NCBI RefSeq assembly: GCF_963921235.1
Contig: NC_086097.1
Coordinates: 125,800,001-125,864,000 of the forward strand
Direction: 5' to 3'
From: Mobula hypostoma
Lineage: Eukaryota
Length of the DNA stretch: 64,000 nt
Numbering within the stretch: position 1 is the stretch's first letter; every line of letters begins with the position of its first letter. The position numbers and the translations under genes were made by a program. Below, piece by piece: positions 26,901-41,900 of the stretch. Under the pieces are notes generated by a model. It ran no database searches and had not been told where the DNA came from. It saw only the letters and a program-made list of their open reading frames with translations.

Positions 26901-29900
26901 GAAGTGGCTCTACAGAGAAGAGTTCTTCACTACCTTGCATAGCATCCAGACTTGTGCTTGCCAATGTAAAAGGAGCTGTTGGGCGTGCAATTCCCATTCT
27001 GACAGGAACAATGAGGGATTCTGCCACATTACAGAGCTCCTCTACGGCATAGGGTAGAAGTGCCTGGAATACCCTCTTGCACTTGCCAATTGGTTGAGGT
27101 ACGAAATTGCTACAAAAATAGGAAACATCTGTAGAAACTGCAAAGATTAGGTAGCATAAACTCTTCAGTAAACCTGGGTTCAAGAATAATTCAACCAGGA
27201 TTAACCCAACACTCCTACATTGTCCTTAAATTCCTAGAAGTCTACATGATTTTACTCAGCAATCTAACACTATGATCACAACTACAAGAACAAGTTTCTG
27301 CAAAAGAGAATGGACATATTTATTTTATCTATTCAAAATTGTTAGCTTAAATTATCAAGCTATTACTAAATGATACTGTTAAGTGAAGTGAAATAGACCA
27401 TTTTAGTTCACATCTTTATATGCCAATTCTGAAATACAAGTTTAATGATCTCAAAGTTCTAAAATGTTTGGAAGAATCAAGTGCAATAAAAAATTCACAA
27501 TTTCTTCAAATTTGACTATACATGAAAAGGTTGACACTCTTTTAGTATATAAACAGTTTCTTACTTTTTTTTCTTTGATGAAGCCATTTCCACACTAAGT
27601 ATGACAAACACTCTTGCTACTGAGCGCAGAAATCTCATGGTAACAGAGATAGCTTCTTCTCGACGCCCCGGAGTATACTTATTCTGTAGCTCCTTCACCA
27701 GTGTTCCAAGTAGAGTATCCAAAAGCTTCAAAATATATATTTTTAAAAAGGTTAAAGTAGTTTACTAAATCTGTTGATATTTTGATACACACTTGAAAGC
27801 AGCATGAAGGAAAAGGAACACATATCCATCTACCACAAGGTGACATTTAGTAGAATTTAATAAGGTAAAACTGTAATGTCTCCATATGTAAAAGTTGAAG
27901 ACACCATATGCACTTTCACTCCGAAACAAAATGTAGCAAAGTTAACTGAGCCAATCCTGAATGAAGGCTATTGCAGTGCTGCTCAAAGATTAACCAGCTA
28001 TCACTTGTCATGTGATAGTGGACGTGGAGAGCATGTTTCTATAGTGCGGGTATCCAGGACTAGAAGGCATAGCCTCAGAATATAATGACATTCACTCAGA
28101 ACAGTAGGAAAATTTCTTCAACCAGAGGGTGGTGAAACTATGGAGTTCATCGTTACAGACAGCTGAGACCAAGTCATTTGGGTATATTTAAAGCAGAAGT
28201 TGATTAATAACTATTTCAAAGGTTACAGAGAGAAGGCAAGAGCATGAGACTGAGAGGGATAATAAATCAGCCAGGACAGATGGACCAAATGGCCTATTTC
28301 TACTCCTATTCTTATGGTGATGAACAAAAGTACTCAGAGATACTTACCAGGATGTCAGCTGTACACTTTACAATGAGACAGTGAGTGAAGCAGTCCAACC
28401 GGATAGTGCCACTTTGTTGAGAAAGGTATACCTGTTCTTCTGGCAGTAGATGAGCTATCCGACTGCTGGCACTCAGCCTAAAACAAATGAAAAAAAGAGA
28501 GAATGGTGCTCTTTCTTTTCACAAACTACATTGCATGAAAACAGAAACTTGCATCTACTTACGGATCCTTGCTTTCTTGTGATCCAAACATTATCATAGA
28601 TTTCAATGCATTCCAGTCCTGAAGGACACGCTCCAAAGCTAGCTGAGCAAATCGAGGGGGTTCCAAGTCGTGATCAGGCATATCAGAATCTGTGAAAGAA
28701 CCAAAGAAAAATAGCAGGTAATGCTGATATAGAAATGTAAACAAATATAAGAAAAAAATTACCATATTTTAAATTACCTATTTTTTCCACTAAAGCATTT
28801 TTAACAGAAAATAACATTTTACAGTTTCTTAATTCTATCATGTGTTCATCCAAGAACATTTTAGTATGGAACAGACATGACCACAGATTAAAATACAGGG
28901 GACCAACACCTGCAAGAAACACACAACTGCAGGAGTGATTCCAAACAAGATGACTTCCAACTTCCACTAGGATCACCACACACAAAATGTTGGAGGAACT
29001 CAGCAAGACAGGCAGCATCTACGGAGGGGGAAAAGCAGCTGATGTCTTGGGCTGAGAATCCACTCAGATTTTGCTTTTAGTTTGTCGCAAATGTCAGTAT
29101 CTCAAGCTTAGCACAGAACTGGCACTAAGATTTTGTTTTTAAAACACACCTCCAAGCAAGTTTGTAACAAATGCCTTTAACATGTGCTTAGCTCTGGCAA
29201 GAAGTTTTATCCATCCTTTATGCTTTGCAATATTCAACGTTTAAAACAAAAACCCTTAAAGAACTTGGAAATTAGCAAAATCTAGTGCTAGTGCAATGGT
29301 TCTCAACCTTTTCCTTCTCGTGGCCCACTTGACTTTCACTTATCTCTGTGGCTCCCACCTTCCATAATCTGAGACGCTGAAGTATTTTTGTCAACTGTAC
29401 TAATTATTCTAATATAGTCAATATTTGTTTTAACAGGTCATAGGTATTATGTTATTATACATGTAAATTCTACGTGGCAACAAAGACTGTGCACTCACTA
29501 AGAAAAGGGAATTGAACATCCTTTCAAAATTAAGTATTCGGGATTAAGTTGTGGTGGTAGATAGTGATGCAGTGGAAACCACACACATTCTCACCTTTGC
29601 AGACTTAATCATTTCTGGCAGATGACCCCGCCCCCCATTCATGTCACATTTTAAGTATTGTAACACACAGGGGCCAGTGGAAGGCAAACAGAAACAGCTT
29701 CCTGCTGCATACCCACTGACTGGGTTTACTGCAGACAGCACCGCCCAATTGTATTACATAGATGGAGAAGGATTATTTATTTTGCATGTAATTTGATTAT
29801 TTCTTGCTAAATATACTAGCACTAGACTCTGAAGTGACAATATCTCCCAAATGAGAATAAAGGAATATAAATGTTGCTTCGTTCAATAGTCACAATAGTT

Positions 29901-32900
29901 TACAAGTTCTTTAAGAGTTTTTGTGCTTAAAATGTTGAATACTGCAAAGCATAATAAGATTTAAAAACTTCTGCCAGTTCAGTGCTTGCCATTGTTGACT
30001 TCTAGACCAGTGTAATATAGCACAGATGTCAGGAACATGCTGGAAATCAAATGATGGCACATTCAGTTTTCTATTTCACCACAAGACTGACTCAGCAGTG
30101 AGCTTAGTTATTCGAGCCAAATGGCTAGATCCCTTCCTCTAGACTCTCAGCTTTATGCAAGTCACTTCTGATGTGCAATCCCAATGATCTGACAGGGTTA
30201 CTGACCTGGATTGAAAAGACAAGTGCAGATAACTATCCCCCCCAGAAAAACTTTTATAAATGTATTTATTCACATTGATGGATAGCCAATGCATCAACAG
30301 AAAATGCTGGCTAGAGGCAGTGTGCACATGACATCAGAACTGAATGCACTGCTGCAACCACTATAGCTTTATTCACCAGTTTCCACCTAACAGTTAAATG
30401 AAGGTGATCTTCTCTCCCCACCCCAACCCCAAAAATTGTTTTAATGAAATGATGGCAGTTGATAAAATAACTAAATTCACAAATTTCTTTAAACTGATAC
30501 GAATTGCTCTAGCTTGGGAGAGATATTTGAAAACTATGAAAATGCCTGGTTGCTGCAAACCTCAAGATGTTGGCTTTCATACAGCCACGAAGGGTGAACA
30601 CAGTTGATAAGCTAATGTGTAAGGCAACTTCAAAGTGTGGGCCGGATCTGATGTGCTCAGGCCCAATGTTTGTAATTTCAAAACAAATTTAGACTTTTTA
30701 AAATATCCTTTGCCACCTGAGCCTGGGTCATTGCTCTCGTAGAACTCCACTTCACAGGACTGCTGTGGCAGCAACCCCTAGAATTCAATGAGGCAGCAAA
30801 CAATTAGTGCAGCTGTGGGAATAATGTGGGGGTGGACATGGCCAAGTGAGTGACATAAGCTGAATCAATCATCACACTCACTCATACTTAGTCACATTAA
30901 GTCTTAACATTGGGTGCTGCCTTATGCTTTAAAATCCCTTCTATTTTCTTCTGATAATCTACATAAATGATAACTAATCCCTTTGTGTCAAAGTGACATC
31001 TAGAAGCACAAAACAAATGTAAAAGGAATTCTCAAAACGTACATTACATTTTAATTGACTAACTTTTAATACAACCTGGATAATTTTACACACACTACAA
31101 CCAGCTCTCAAAGTGCAGTGGATGTCTCACAATTCTGCACTTTAATCCTAAAAGCATTCTTCAAAAGTTATACTGACCTTCAACATTTGCAGTCTTCCGG
31201 TTTCTATCCTCTCTTATTCGTGGTGGACGATACTGACAATGCTCGACAGTTTGCCTAGCTACAGTCTGCACTAAAAACAACAGCAGATGTTCACCCCTGT
31301 AAAGATTTTAACACTGATGAAATTTTGAATTGAGAAAGGAATTTGTATGACAAGTAGCAGAAATATTTCAGTGCACCAAGACAAAAACTGGCGACAAAGT
31401 AACAGTGATACACTTTACAAGATTGAGTTAAAAACAAACGATTCTGCTAACACTGGAAATCCTGAACAGCATACACAAAATGCATTTTGTATGTGTTGCA
31501 CAGGATTAAAAGGTCAGTTTTACTTCCTATTTTTGCATTCCCTTTACAGTCTTAAATTTAAGTATTTATATATTCTTATATTATGAAAAACTATATTTTT
31601 AAAGGAAGATAGTGCACTCACTCCAAAACTATGACATTCTTTGTATTTAACCTAACTATGTTTGTGAGATTTGATACTCCTTGTCCGTTTCCAGTAATTT
31701 TGTGTTTTTCATTCCAGAATCAAGCACATTTTAAAATATTGTGACGGCACTAGAATTCTGATAGTTACAGAGCTTACACCAGTGATATTAGAAGTCAGCA
31801 ACTATTTCAGCAGGTCAAAAACTTGGTTTTGTTATGATAGTTAGAAACAGTAAGTTCCAAAGGATGCTGTCACTATTTCCCCAAGCCAAACAAAAAAAAG
31901 CCTGACTGCGCTATCTTTTTTGATTCCTATGCTGAGCCCGATACTATTGTTCTCAGAGAAAACAGAAATAAAAATTGATGTGGAACTTTGAGAGAGGATT
32001 TTCTTGCTGTAAGAATTAACTTCTAGCAAGTCAGTTGCTACTACTGGACTCTATTTGGAGCTTCACAACACTGGATGAAACTTCAGAATAAACACCAACC
32101 TCTGCACAAGTTCATATACATTTTCCCCCCAAAGCAAGTGTGATTAATTTAGAAAAGTTAATGCTGAGACCTCATTTTAGCTGACCACGGAAAAGCAAAA
32201 GATAGTATGCAGGAATAGCAGGATTAATAGGGAGACCCTTTACCAGAAATGGGGAAGTTAAAAAAGAGCAAGCTTGCAGAATATGGAAGAACAGAGGAAA
32301 GGCTTGTGGTAACACAGCTTTACTCAGAGATAAAACACGGTAACGGAACCTTTCAGCTCAACAAGCCTGCGCTGCCCAATTACACCCGTGTGACCCATTA
32401 ACTTACTAACCCATTCATCTTTGGAATGTGGGAGGAAACCCACGCGGTCATGGGAAGAACGTGTGTACTCCTTACAGAAAGTGACAGGGACTGAACCCAG
32501 GTTGCAGATGCTGTAAACCATTATGCTAATTACTACTCTACCCTGCCACTATATCTCTGTTGTCAAAATTATTTTTAAAACTACCAGGTGAAACAGAAAA
32601 CACAAAAACTTCAATACAAATAAAATGAAGTGATTCTCCTAAAAAATCTGAGAGCTTAAAAATAACCAGATTGAAGATGAGGCACTGTCCTACAAGCCTA
32701 CATTTGGCATTGTAAATGGCCAATGAATGCCACAGACCAATGGAGTAGAACAAAGAACTAAAATGACAGACAGCTGTAAGTTCATCATCATCTTTGTAGA
32801 ACATCTCCACTCAATAAACAAAGGGATCAAGAGATCACATTAGGGAGAGCTGTATATAATACACTAAATTGGAGGAAGTTCAAGAACCATCTGCTTTTCC

Positions 32901-35900
32901 TGGTAAGATCGTTCCGTCCATTAACAATGGAAAGAAGCAAAGGCTAGATGTTACATGGTAAAATGCTGTGAGTAGGGGGGCAGTTGGTTGTAAAAGAAGA
33001 GCGAGTTGTGAGGGAACAGTCCCTTCAGAATGTTGGTTGACTGCTGAATGAATCCCTTTAGAAATGGCAGAAGTTTTATCGAATGGATTAGAAGGCAGGC
33101 ACAAAAGGAGCTCTATCAATGTTCTGGTTGGGAGGAAGGGGACTGAGAACAGAAATGAGAAAACTATTAACATGGCTGGGAGCCTTGCAAACTATGGTAC
33201 AAGGAAAAACATTGTTCAAGGTAAGAGGAAAACATGTTAATGCCACTGGTGTGAAAGGCAAATCATCAGAACAGTTCTGAGAGGTGGAGAAAACCCAAGA
33301 GTGGAATGGTGTGGGAGGTGGTGCAGTTGAGGAAAAGCTCTGGGAGTCAGGGAGCTTACAACAGATATTGGTATCTAATTTTTGTTCAGAGAGAGAAAGA
33401 TGTCAAGAGGAAAGTCAGGTGTAGAATAAATGAAAGTGAGAGTAGGTAGAAACTGACAAAGATCATGAAACTGTTGAAGTCAATACAAATGCAATAAGCT
33501 GACATAATTTTCACCAACTCCAAAGGGATTCCATACCAGACACCCTCCCCTCAGCATTCAAAAGGTACTGTTCCCTTGCAGATACTCTGATTCACTCTTC
33601 TATCTCTATTTCAATTCACCTTCTTCTAGCATTACCCCATGCAACCAAGAGATATAATACCTATCTTTCCTACTTTGATTTCCAGCACCCAAGGACACAA
33701 ACAATCTTTCCAGATGAAGGATCAATTCCCTTGCAACACACATAAAATGCCAGAGGAACTCAGCAGGTCAGACAACATCTATGGAGAGGAATAAACAGTT
33801 GATGTTTTGGGCAAAGACATTTCAACAGGACTGAAAGGGAAGGGGGAAGAAGCCAGAATAAGGTAGGGGGAAGGGAAGGGGTTCAAAATGGCAGGTGACA
33901 AGTGAAGCCTGGTGAGGGTGAAGGTAGGTGGATTGGGGAGGGTGGATGAAGCAAGAGTCCTGGAGGTGATAGACAGAAAAGGGGTTGAAGGAGGAATCTG
34001 ATGGGAGAAAGGGAAGAAGGAAGAGCACCACAGGAAGGTGATAAGCAGATGAAAAGAAGGGGTAAGAGGGGAGCCAGAATGGGGAACGGATAAGGAGAGA
34101 GGGGAAGGGAAAGAAATTAACAGAAATTTCATTTCCTTGAACTTCTTTTTACTTAGCAAACTTTTAAAGCATTCGTGACATGATCTTCTCATGTTGGGAT
34201 GCAAAACAGAATGGGTGATGGTTTTATGGAACTTTTCTATTCTGATTGCTGGGACAATCCTGTCACTTCAATTCTCTGCCTACTCCCATCCTGATCAGTC
34301 TTCAGTAGTTTGCCTTATTCCAACAATGCCAAAAGGTGGAAGGAACAGCATCTCATTATCATCTGGGCATTTTAGGATACATGAACCTTGATTCCCTTTT
34401 TAATTTTCTCTCCCTCCCCCCCCAACTGTTTCAGTTTGCTTAATTTTTGTCTCAAACTGCCAGTTTTTAATTGTTATCGTCACAAATTTATCTATACATT
34501 TTCATAAACATTCTCCATCCTTCCACTGTTTCCTTTCTCTGCAACTTAACTTACTTTCTCCCCTCCCCATTCCACTTCTGATAGGGACTTGACAAGGTTG
34601 GATCCAGCTCTCTCCTCTGACGTTGGTTGATTGCTGAGTGATTCTATCATTTTCTGTTTTATATAGAACTTTACAACACAGGACCATTGGCCCACAATGT
34701 TGTGCCAACCCTGGAACCTACCCTTATGATCAATCTACGTAGGTCTCCAAGATCCTCCTACAAAGGCCTCTTTTTTCTTCAAGGATTCATGTGCCTATCC
34801 AAGAGTTCCTTAAATACCATAGAACCATAAAACATCACACCACAGCATATGCCCTTCAGCCCAATGTTGTGCTGACTTCCATATCAGATTTTCAGCATTC
34901 ACCTTTTTCACTCCCACTATGTTCTGAGAAAATACAATTCATACTTCAGATGGTTCCAAGTTTCTCAAACATAAATCTTAATTATGAAAATGATTAAGCT
35001 TCACAAGCTTTGGATGGCTATTATATAAAGTTATCAGCATATAGTAAATCTTCATATCCTGTCATAAATAGAACTGCCACGTACAGTTGCTTTTTGCAGA
35101 ACTCTGTCATTCTAGATACTTGCCTGCTATTTGGCAAAGTTACAAGATTGGTGGTGGTGAGGAGCCTATACAGCAAATCAAGACGTGCAGACTTCTGTCC
35201 TGCAATCAGTGTTTTACACTTGCACTTTTCCCAGCAATCACAGTATGCAGTAGGGGAAGTCCTTTTCAACCTGAAGGAGTTAAGCATAAAATTAATTATT
35301 TTAAGTCCTAGAAGAGTGCATTAACTAACACTGCACCCAATTAGCAAGAAAGTTGGCTGGTCAGAACTATTGATACAACAGCCAAAGACCAAATTAAAAG
35401 TGGGAATGGCAACTAAACATACCGTGTCATTGGATAACAGAGCCACGTCTAAATTCTTTGTCATTGTTAGATGTTATCTTGTTCACATTAGAGACTGAAA
35501 CTTAACAGGTGTACTGAAAAGTGCTTTCATATCCCCCATACAAATGGTCTAGTTACTCACTTGCAATCATGCCCTTTGTGACATACTCTTGCACATTCTG
35601 TACAGCAACAGAGAGACTCCAACAATCCACAAGTTCGACATTCAAAAATATCCTGCACAAAATATATCACAAAACATTAGTGCATTCAAGTCATAATGAG
35701 TGATAATGGACCAGTGCGATATTTAAAAAATATCAAATCCATGGCATAGAACATCAAACACTATACACTAAAACAGCACATTGAAGTTATTAATTTTCAT
35801 AAATAGAAACTATAAAGATAAAGATTAGCTTTATTTGTCACATGTACATCAAACCATAGTGAAATGCCTTGTTTGCATCAAATCGAGTTAGCGAGGATTG

Positions 35901-38900
35901 AATTGGGGCAGCTCACAATGGTTGACTTCGCCCTAACCCATGCGACTTTGGAATAGGAGAGGAAATCAACGCACCTGGAGGAAAACCCATGCCGTCACAG
36001 GGAGAATGCAGAAACTCCTTACAGACAGCGCGAGGAAAGAACCACAACCATTGGTTGGTGCTGTATAGCAATTCCACTAGCCACTACATTACTGTGTTAC
36101 CCCTAACTAACGTTAGTTTGTTAATTAAGTAACACTTTAGTTAGTTAACTGAATTTTAAGGCTGTAAAAATCTGATTGATTAAATACAGAAATTCAAGTA
36201 GTAGTAGAGCAGGGACTTTTTAAGACAAGCGGTATATGTAACTTTATATTGCAAGGGAGATGAACTAAAAGCAAGTATTTCTGTGAATGGTGCTGTAGGA
36301 TTTTCTACTTGTTAAATGCATGTCAACTTCAAAACAGTCACCTTTTCTCCTTTTTCCAAAGTATAAATCCTGCAACTTTCCGCTAAATGTAGCACTCTGG
36401 AGAAAGCTCAGCCACCTGCCAAGTAAAACTAGGATGAACAGTTTGTGGCCTTCCCAGTAGTGCTCATAAAACCCAAATTTTAAAAAAAGTTTTGGAGTCC
36501 AAACCTTATAGTACTTAGTTTACGCCTCTTCACTCATTGAAGAATACACCATTCTGGGAGAGGCACAATACATTTTCTTTAAACTGATTCCTGTGAAAGG
36601 GATAGGGTAAAGGGAAGGGGGGGGTGGGGTTATCATTTGAGGAGAAACTTGCTAACTTGTTTATTTTTACTGGAGTTTAGAACAGAGATGATTACACTGA
36701 AATAGAAAACATTCCAAAAAGGTATTGATGGTGAAGTTCTTTCCTCTAGCCAGTGAGTCAGGAAATAGAACCATCATACATTCAGGATTGAAATAAAATG
36801 TTTATAAATCTCAGGAATTCTGCATGCCAGAGGGCTGGGGATTCTAAGAGTTTGAGCACATTCTGATTAACTAATGTCTGGGCACCAATGGAGTTGATTT
36901 AAAAAAAAAGTGAAATTAAAGTACAGCATCAGCCATTATCATTTGGCCCCTCATGGCCGCTCTGCTATTTGTTGAAATTATGGCTAATCTTTTATCTTCA
37001 ATCACTTTCCTACCTTTCCCCATATGTCTTGATTCTGCTCCTACCCAAATATACTGATCTCTAACTAGAACATATCAGTAATGGAATCACCCATCCCTCT
37101 TGGACAAAGGACAGCATATACAACCCTTGAGGAAGAGAATTTCTTTCTGTTTCTACTTTCTCTCTGTTCAAATTGTTGACCTCTATTTTGAGATTATAAC
37201 CTTAGTTTCTAGACATCAGCCAGGGGAAATAAGTATGAACTGTGCAGCAGTTCAAAGCTTAAGCCTGATTTATACTTCTGCGTTAACTCGATGCCATAAC
37301 CTACGCAAGTGACTTATGCACGTTGTGAGCATTTACACTTGTGCGTTGGTGTGTCTGCGTCGCTCTGCAATTCACGCACGTCACGCATGCGCACACACCT
37401 GCCCGCACAAGGCTTCATGGTCATGGTAGTCTTTCTCAGGGCAAACCAGAAGCGAGCGTCTTTTTTCATAAAAGCGAAATGTGTCCAACATAATTTCAGA
37501 GGTCTGTAAAGCTTTATGGAAAGCATTGCAGCCAGAGTTCCTTCCCTGCCCTTCAGTCGTCCAATGGGAAGCTATTGCAGCATAGGACATCACGCGATGC
37601 TATCAAGCGGACCAATCACAGCTGTTGCGTTCTGAGTTGCCGCGACGCGTGGTTACATTTTGGGAGAGGTGTGCGTCGCAGCAACGCAGGCTCTCGCATA
37701 GGGTTCCGCGTCAGCTTTGAGGCGACGCAGTACTCACAGCGACGAGTTGACGCAGAAGTATAAATCAGGCTTTACTTTGGATATTTTTAGCATTCCAATA
37801 TTAATGTGCATTTCTTAGAAAGACTGTCACAGGAGAATAGATCAGGAAAAACTGATACCATACCAAGAGGATGAATTGGGGTAGGTAGAAAGGGGCATTA
37901 ATGCTTGGTCAAATATGCTAGCCAAATCTTAAAGCAGCACAGAAAAATATTTGGTGAGAATTCCAGAGGTGAGGGCCTTAAAAGACCAAGATTTAAATAG
38001 GGAGATATACAAAAGACCACAGCTTGATGACCAGACTTCTGGGGGGCTATAGATCCAAAATAAATCTTCATGCAGTGACTATAAAATAAAGTTTGCCATG
38101 CGGGAGGAAGATTAATTAAGAAAGAGCCTTCACAATTAAGAAAGTGCAAAAAAGTCCGTGAGCATCTAAGTTTAACAAAAATATCTCCTATAGCACCAAT
38201 TAGGCATGTAAAGAAACAAGGTAATAAAGCAGAATGGGATACCTTGGTTGTGAGCAGTACAACTAAATGCACAAAGTATATAGTACTTTGTTGACTAACA
38301 GCTTAAGCTTCTGGAAACTTTGATTTTAATTTGTTATACAGGTATGTGTTGCTTAATGTCCACGATACTTTCTGTGAAATCGGACGTTATGTGATTTGGA
38401 CGTTGTGCGAACACCATATCATATACTTAGCAAACCTATATGGAGTGCTGTAGTGTACTTGTATTGACTAAATAGCCAAGAACTTACACTAGAACTGCAT
38501 ACTGTACACTATAATACATACACTATAATTTTTTATTTCATTTTAACCTTTTTAATTTTTTCCACTTTTTAAACTTTAATCTAAACACTTTCTTAGCCTA
38601 TATCACACACAATTTATCAAAGATGATCAGGATTATCCACATCACTGTTCTCAACTTCCTCACAGTGTTCCACTGGAAGAGTTTCAGGTCGAATATCCTA
38701 CGTATGGAAGGCTTGATGCCTTTACGGTAATATTTTTGAAAGAAAATTAAAGAGAGAGATAACGCTACTACACTCAAGAGATGTGCGATACACGAGATTG
38801 GTTATGTCCGCAACGTCACGTTCGCCGATCCTGACTACGGACGTATATGCGATTGGGCGTTGTCCAAATGGACATTAAGCGGCACACACCTCTATTGATA

Positions 38901-41900
38901 TAAACTGGATTTCCCTTCATAAAAAGTACCTGGTTAATGTGCTCTGCTCCAGTCCAGGTAAAACTGCAAGTGTCATTGCAGCACAGAACATATAATGGGG
39001 AGTCATCTGGATTTGTACCTGGTGGGCAAATCATGCCCATAAATATATCCTCCTCCTTTTCACCAGAGACATCACCTAAAGGTGAAAAATTATAGAGTCA
39101 ATTCACTGGGAGCATTCAGACATCAAGAATTATAACCTGGAGATACACTCAGTGGCCACTTTATTAGAGACCCCTTGTACCTAAAAAAGTGGGCACTAAG
39201 TGTATGTTCATGGTATTCTGTTGTATAGCCCATTCATTGCAAGATTCAATGTGTTGTGCATTCAGAGATGTTATTCTGCACACCACAGTTGTAAAACGTG
39301 GTTATTTGAGTTACTATCTTCTTCCTGTCAACTTAAACCAGTCTGGTCTTTCTCCACTGACCTCTCTCATTAGCAAGGTGTTTTCATCCACAGAATTGCC
39401 ACTCACAGGATGATTTTTTTTTTCCTCCTACCATTCTCAATGAACTCTAAGAGACTGCTGTATGTGAAAATCCCAGGAGATCAGCAGTGTCTCAGATACT
39501 CAACCATCCTATCTGGCATCAATGATCATTTTATGGTCAATCGTTTAGATCACATTTCTTCCCCATTCTAATATTTGATCTGAATTACAGATGAACCTCT
39601 TGACCATGCCTGCATGCTTTTATGCATTGCATTGCTGCCACTTGATCAGTGATTAGATATTTGCATTAACGAGGTGTACATAACAAACTGGCCACTAATT
39701 ATAGATGCAAAATAAGGCACATTGAAAAGTTGAAACCAAATTCCAGAACATATTAAATAGACGAATGGCTTAACTTGTCACCTTGACAGCCAACTAAATA
39801 AAGTATCAGAACTATCTGATAAAAACCAGAGTGACCATTTTATTCTGAATCATCATGTGGTCAAGCAGATATCATGTACCCAGATTTCTGATACCTTTCA
39901 ACTAGCTACAGTAAAACAAATAATCTCCTTAAAATAAGATAGCCAAAAAAACTTAATTGATGGGCTTCAAGAGAATTAAGAAGAACACTCATGGCTAATA
40001 ATTCCCCCAGTTGACGTTTGGACACTCCAATCATTATACCTTTTATAAAGGGTCTTCAAAATGATTGTGATAGCATTCTTGTTAGTTGGGCAGAGAGTAG
40101 TTTACCATATTTACATATCTGGGGACCAAGTTAAATCATCTGAAAGCTCATAGGCTCATAGGTTAAAAAAAGCTTGGTAATTTTCACTATTCTGTCAGCT
40201 AGAATTCCTTGTGTCTCTGGTTTGACATTTCTGGCACTTTTTTTTGTTTCAGAATCACTTATAATGCACTTGGAAAATCAGATTCTCTGAAAAGCTAATA
40301 GAAAGCTCCAAACAGGATTCTTGTGGTTCAACAGTAGCTATTCAACATTTATCCACCTGCGTATAACTGAACAGCTTAATTTCCAGGATACTAAGAAATC
40401 ATCGAGCTGCTGCAACTTTGCCATGAAAATGTTTCAAAGATTTTGTCCATAAAAGCAGAAATGGGGGGGGGGGTGGAAAGAGGGGGAGGTCTGCATTACA
40501 ATCCTCAAATCTAATACCAATTCATAATTCAACTAATCTTTGGAAAGGTTTCCTGTCCAGAAAAGCCCAACATCAAGGCCTCAATTTTAGCCTCAATGGG
40601 AATACTGACCCTGCTGAGCTCCTCCAGCATACTTTGTTACTTTGGATTTCCAGCATCTGCAGAATCTCTTGTTTAGGAATATTGTTATTTCTGTTCACAC
40701 TGGGGATTCAAGCCATGTTCTAGAAAATGCTTCACAACCACTTGTGGGGATTAAGCCTTTACATGGGAAAAGACCGCAAACCACTATGTCATAACTTGAC
40801 AATGAATTCAATCACTATTTCATTATTCATAGAGTTATAGAGAGATACAGCATGGATATTCTCCTCAAACAATAGTTACCTTTGGCTATTTTCTGAGCTG
40901 TTTCCAGAATAGTAATTGCAGCTGGATAAGCTCTCCCACCAACAGCAAGCATAAAAGGTGTCATTCCTCTAGCATCCCTGAAAATGCACAAGATAAACAA
41001 TAAATCAGATTCTGACTTACAATTGACAATACATTTAAAATACAACTCATTAGCATCATCCCCTATTAGAAACTGATAATGTAATTTATCCAGCACTGCC
41101 ATGACTAAGGAACAATGGTTCATGTTTGCTTCTTGAACTGTCCCTAGATTATTAGTTTTTTTTAAATAGGAGTACAAAAAATCTATAGTAGATTCTACAG
41201 AATGAAATAAACAAGATACATAAGCAGTCATTGCAAAACTGAAGGCAATTCCTCACAAAATTTAGTGGATTAATTTACAAGCTGCAGTGGGTTGCAAACT
41301 CAGCCAGCTCCATCACAGGTACTAGCCTCCCTAGCATCGAAAACATCTTCAAAAGGTGATGCCTCAAAAAGGTGACTTCCACCATTAAGAACTCCCAACT
41401 CCCAAGATCTGCTCTTTTATTACTACCAGAGAGGAGATAGAGTGTCTATAAAAAGTATTGGTAAAAAGTATTTTACAACATTGAATAACAGTGGATTTAA
41501 TTAGCTTTTTTTTGACACTAATCAATACAAAAAGACTCTTCCATGTCAAAGTGAAAACAGATCTCTACAAAGTGTTCTAAATTAATTACAAATATAAAAC
41601 ACCAAATAATTGATTGGATAAGTATTCACCCCCTTCAAGTCAGTATTTAGTATATGCACCTTTCACAGCAATTCAGCCTTGAATCTAAGTGGATAGGTCT
41701 CTATCAGCTTTGCACATCTGAACACTGCAATTTTTCCCTATTCTTCTTTACAAAACTGCTTAAGTTCTGTCAGATAGCACAGGGATCATGCGTGAACAGT
41801 CCTTTTCAAGTCCAGTCACAAACGTTCAATCGGATTGAGGTCTGGACTGACTTGGCCACTCCAGGACATTAACTTGTGTTTAAACCATTCCTATGTAGCT

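Noticed and set aside
27726..27765. U12-type intron suggested by a weak AAG acceptor and TTTAAC branch-like motif
   Set aside because: The donor of this intron is GTAAGT (U2-type), not GTATCCTT.
29290..30790. Possible old hAT element starting caatggttctcaacc
   Set aside because: Only one TIR-like end was recognisable; there is no matching end or TSD.
37309..37763. Overlapping ORFs in the CpG-rich island as a small gene or host promoter
   Set aside because: They lie entirely within a TIR/TSD-bounded MITE and show no recognisable protein similarity.
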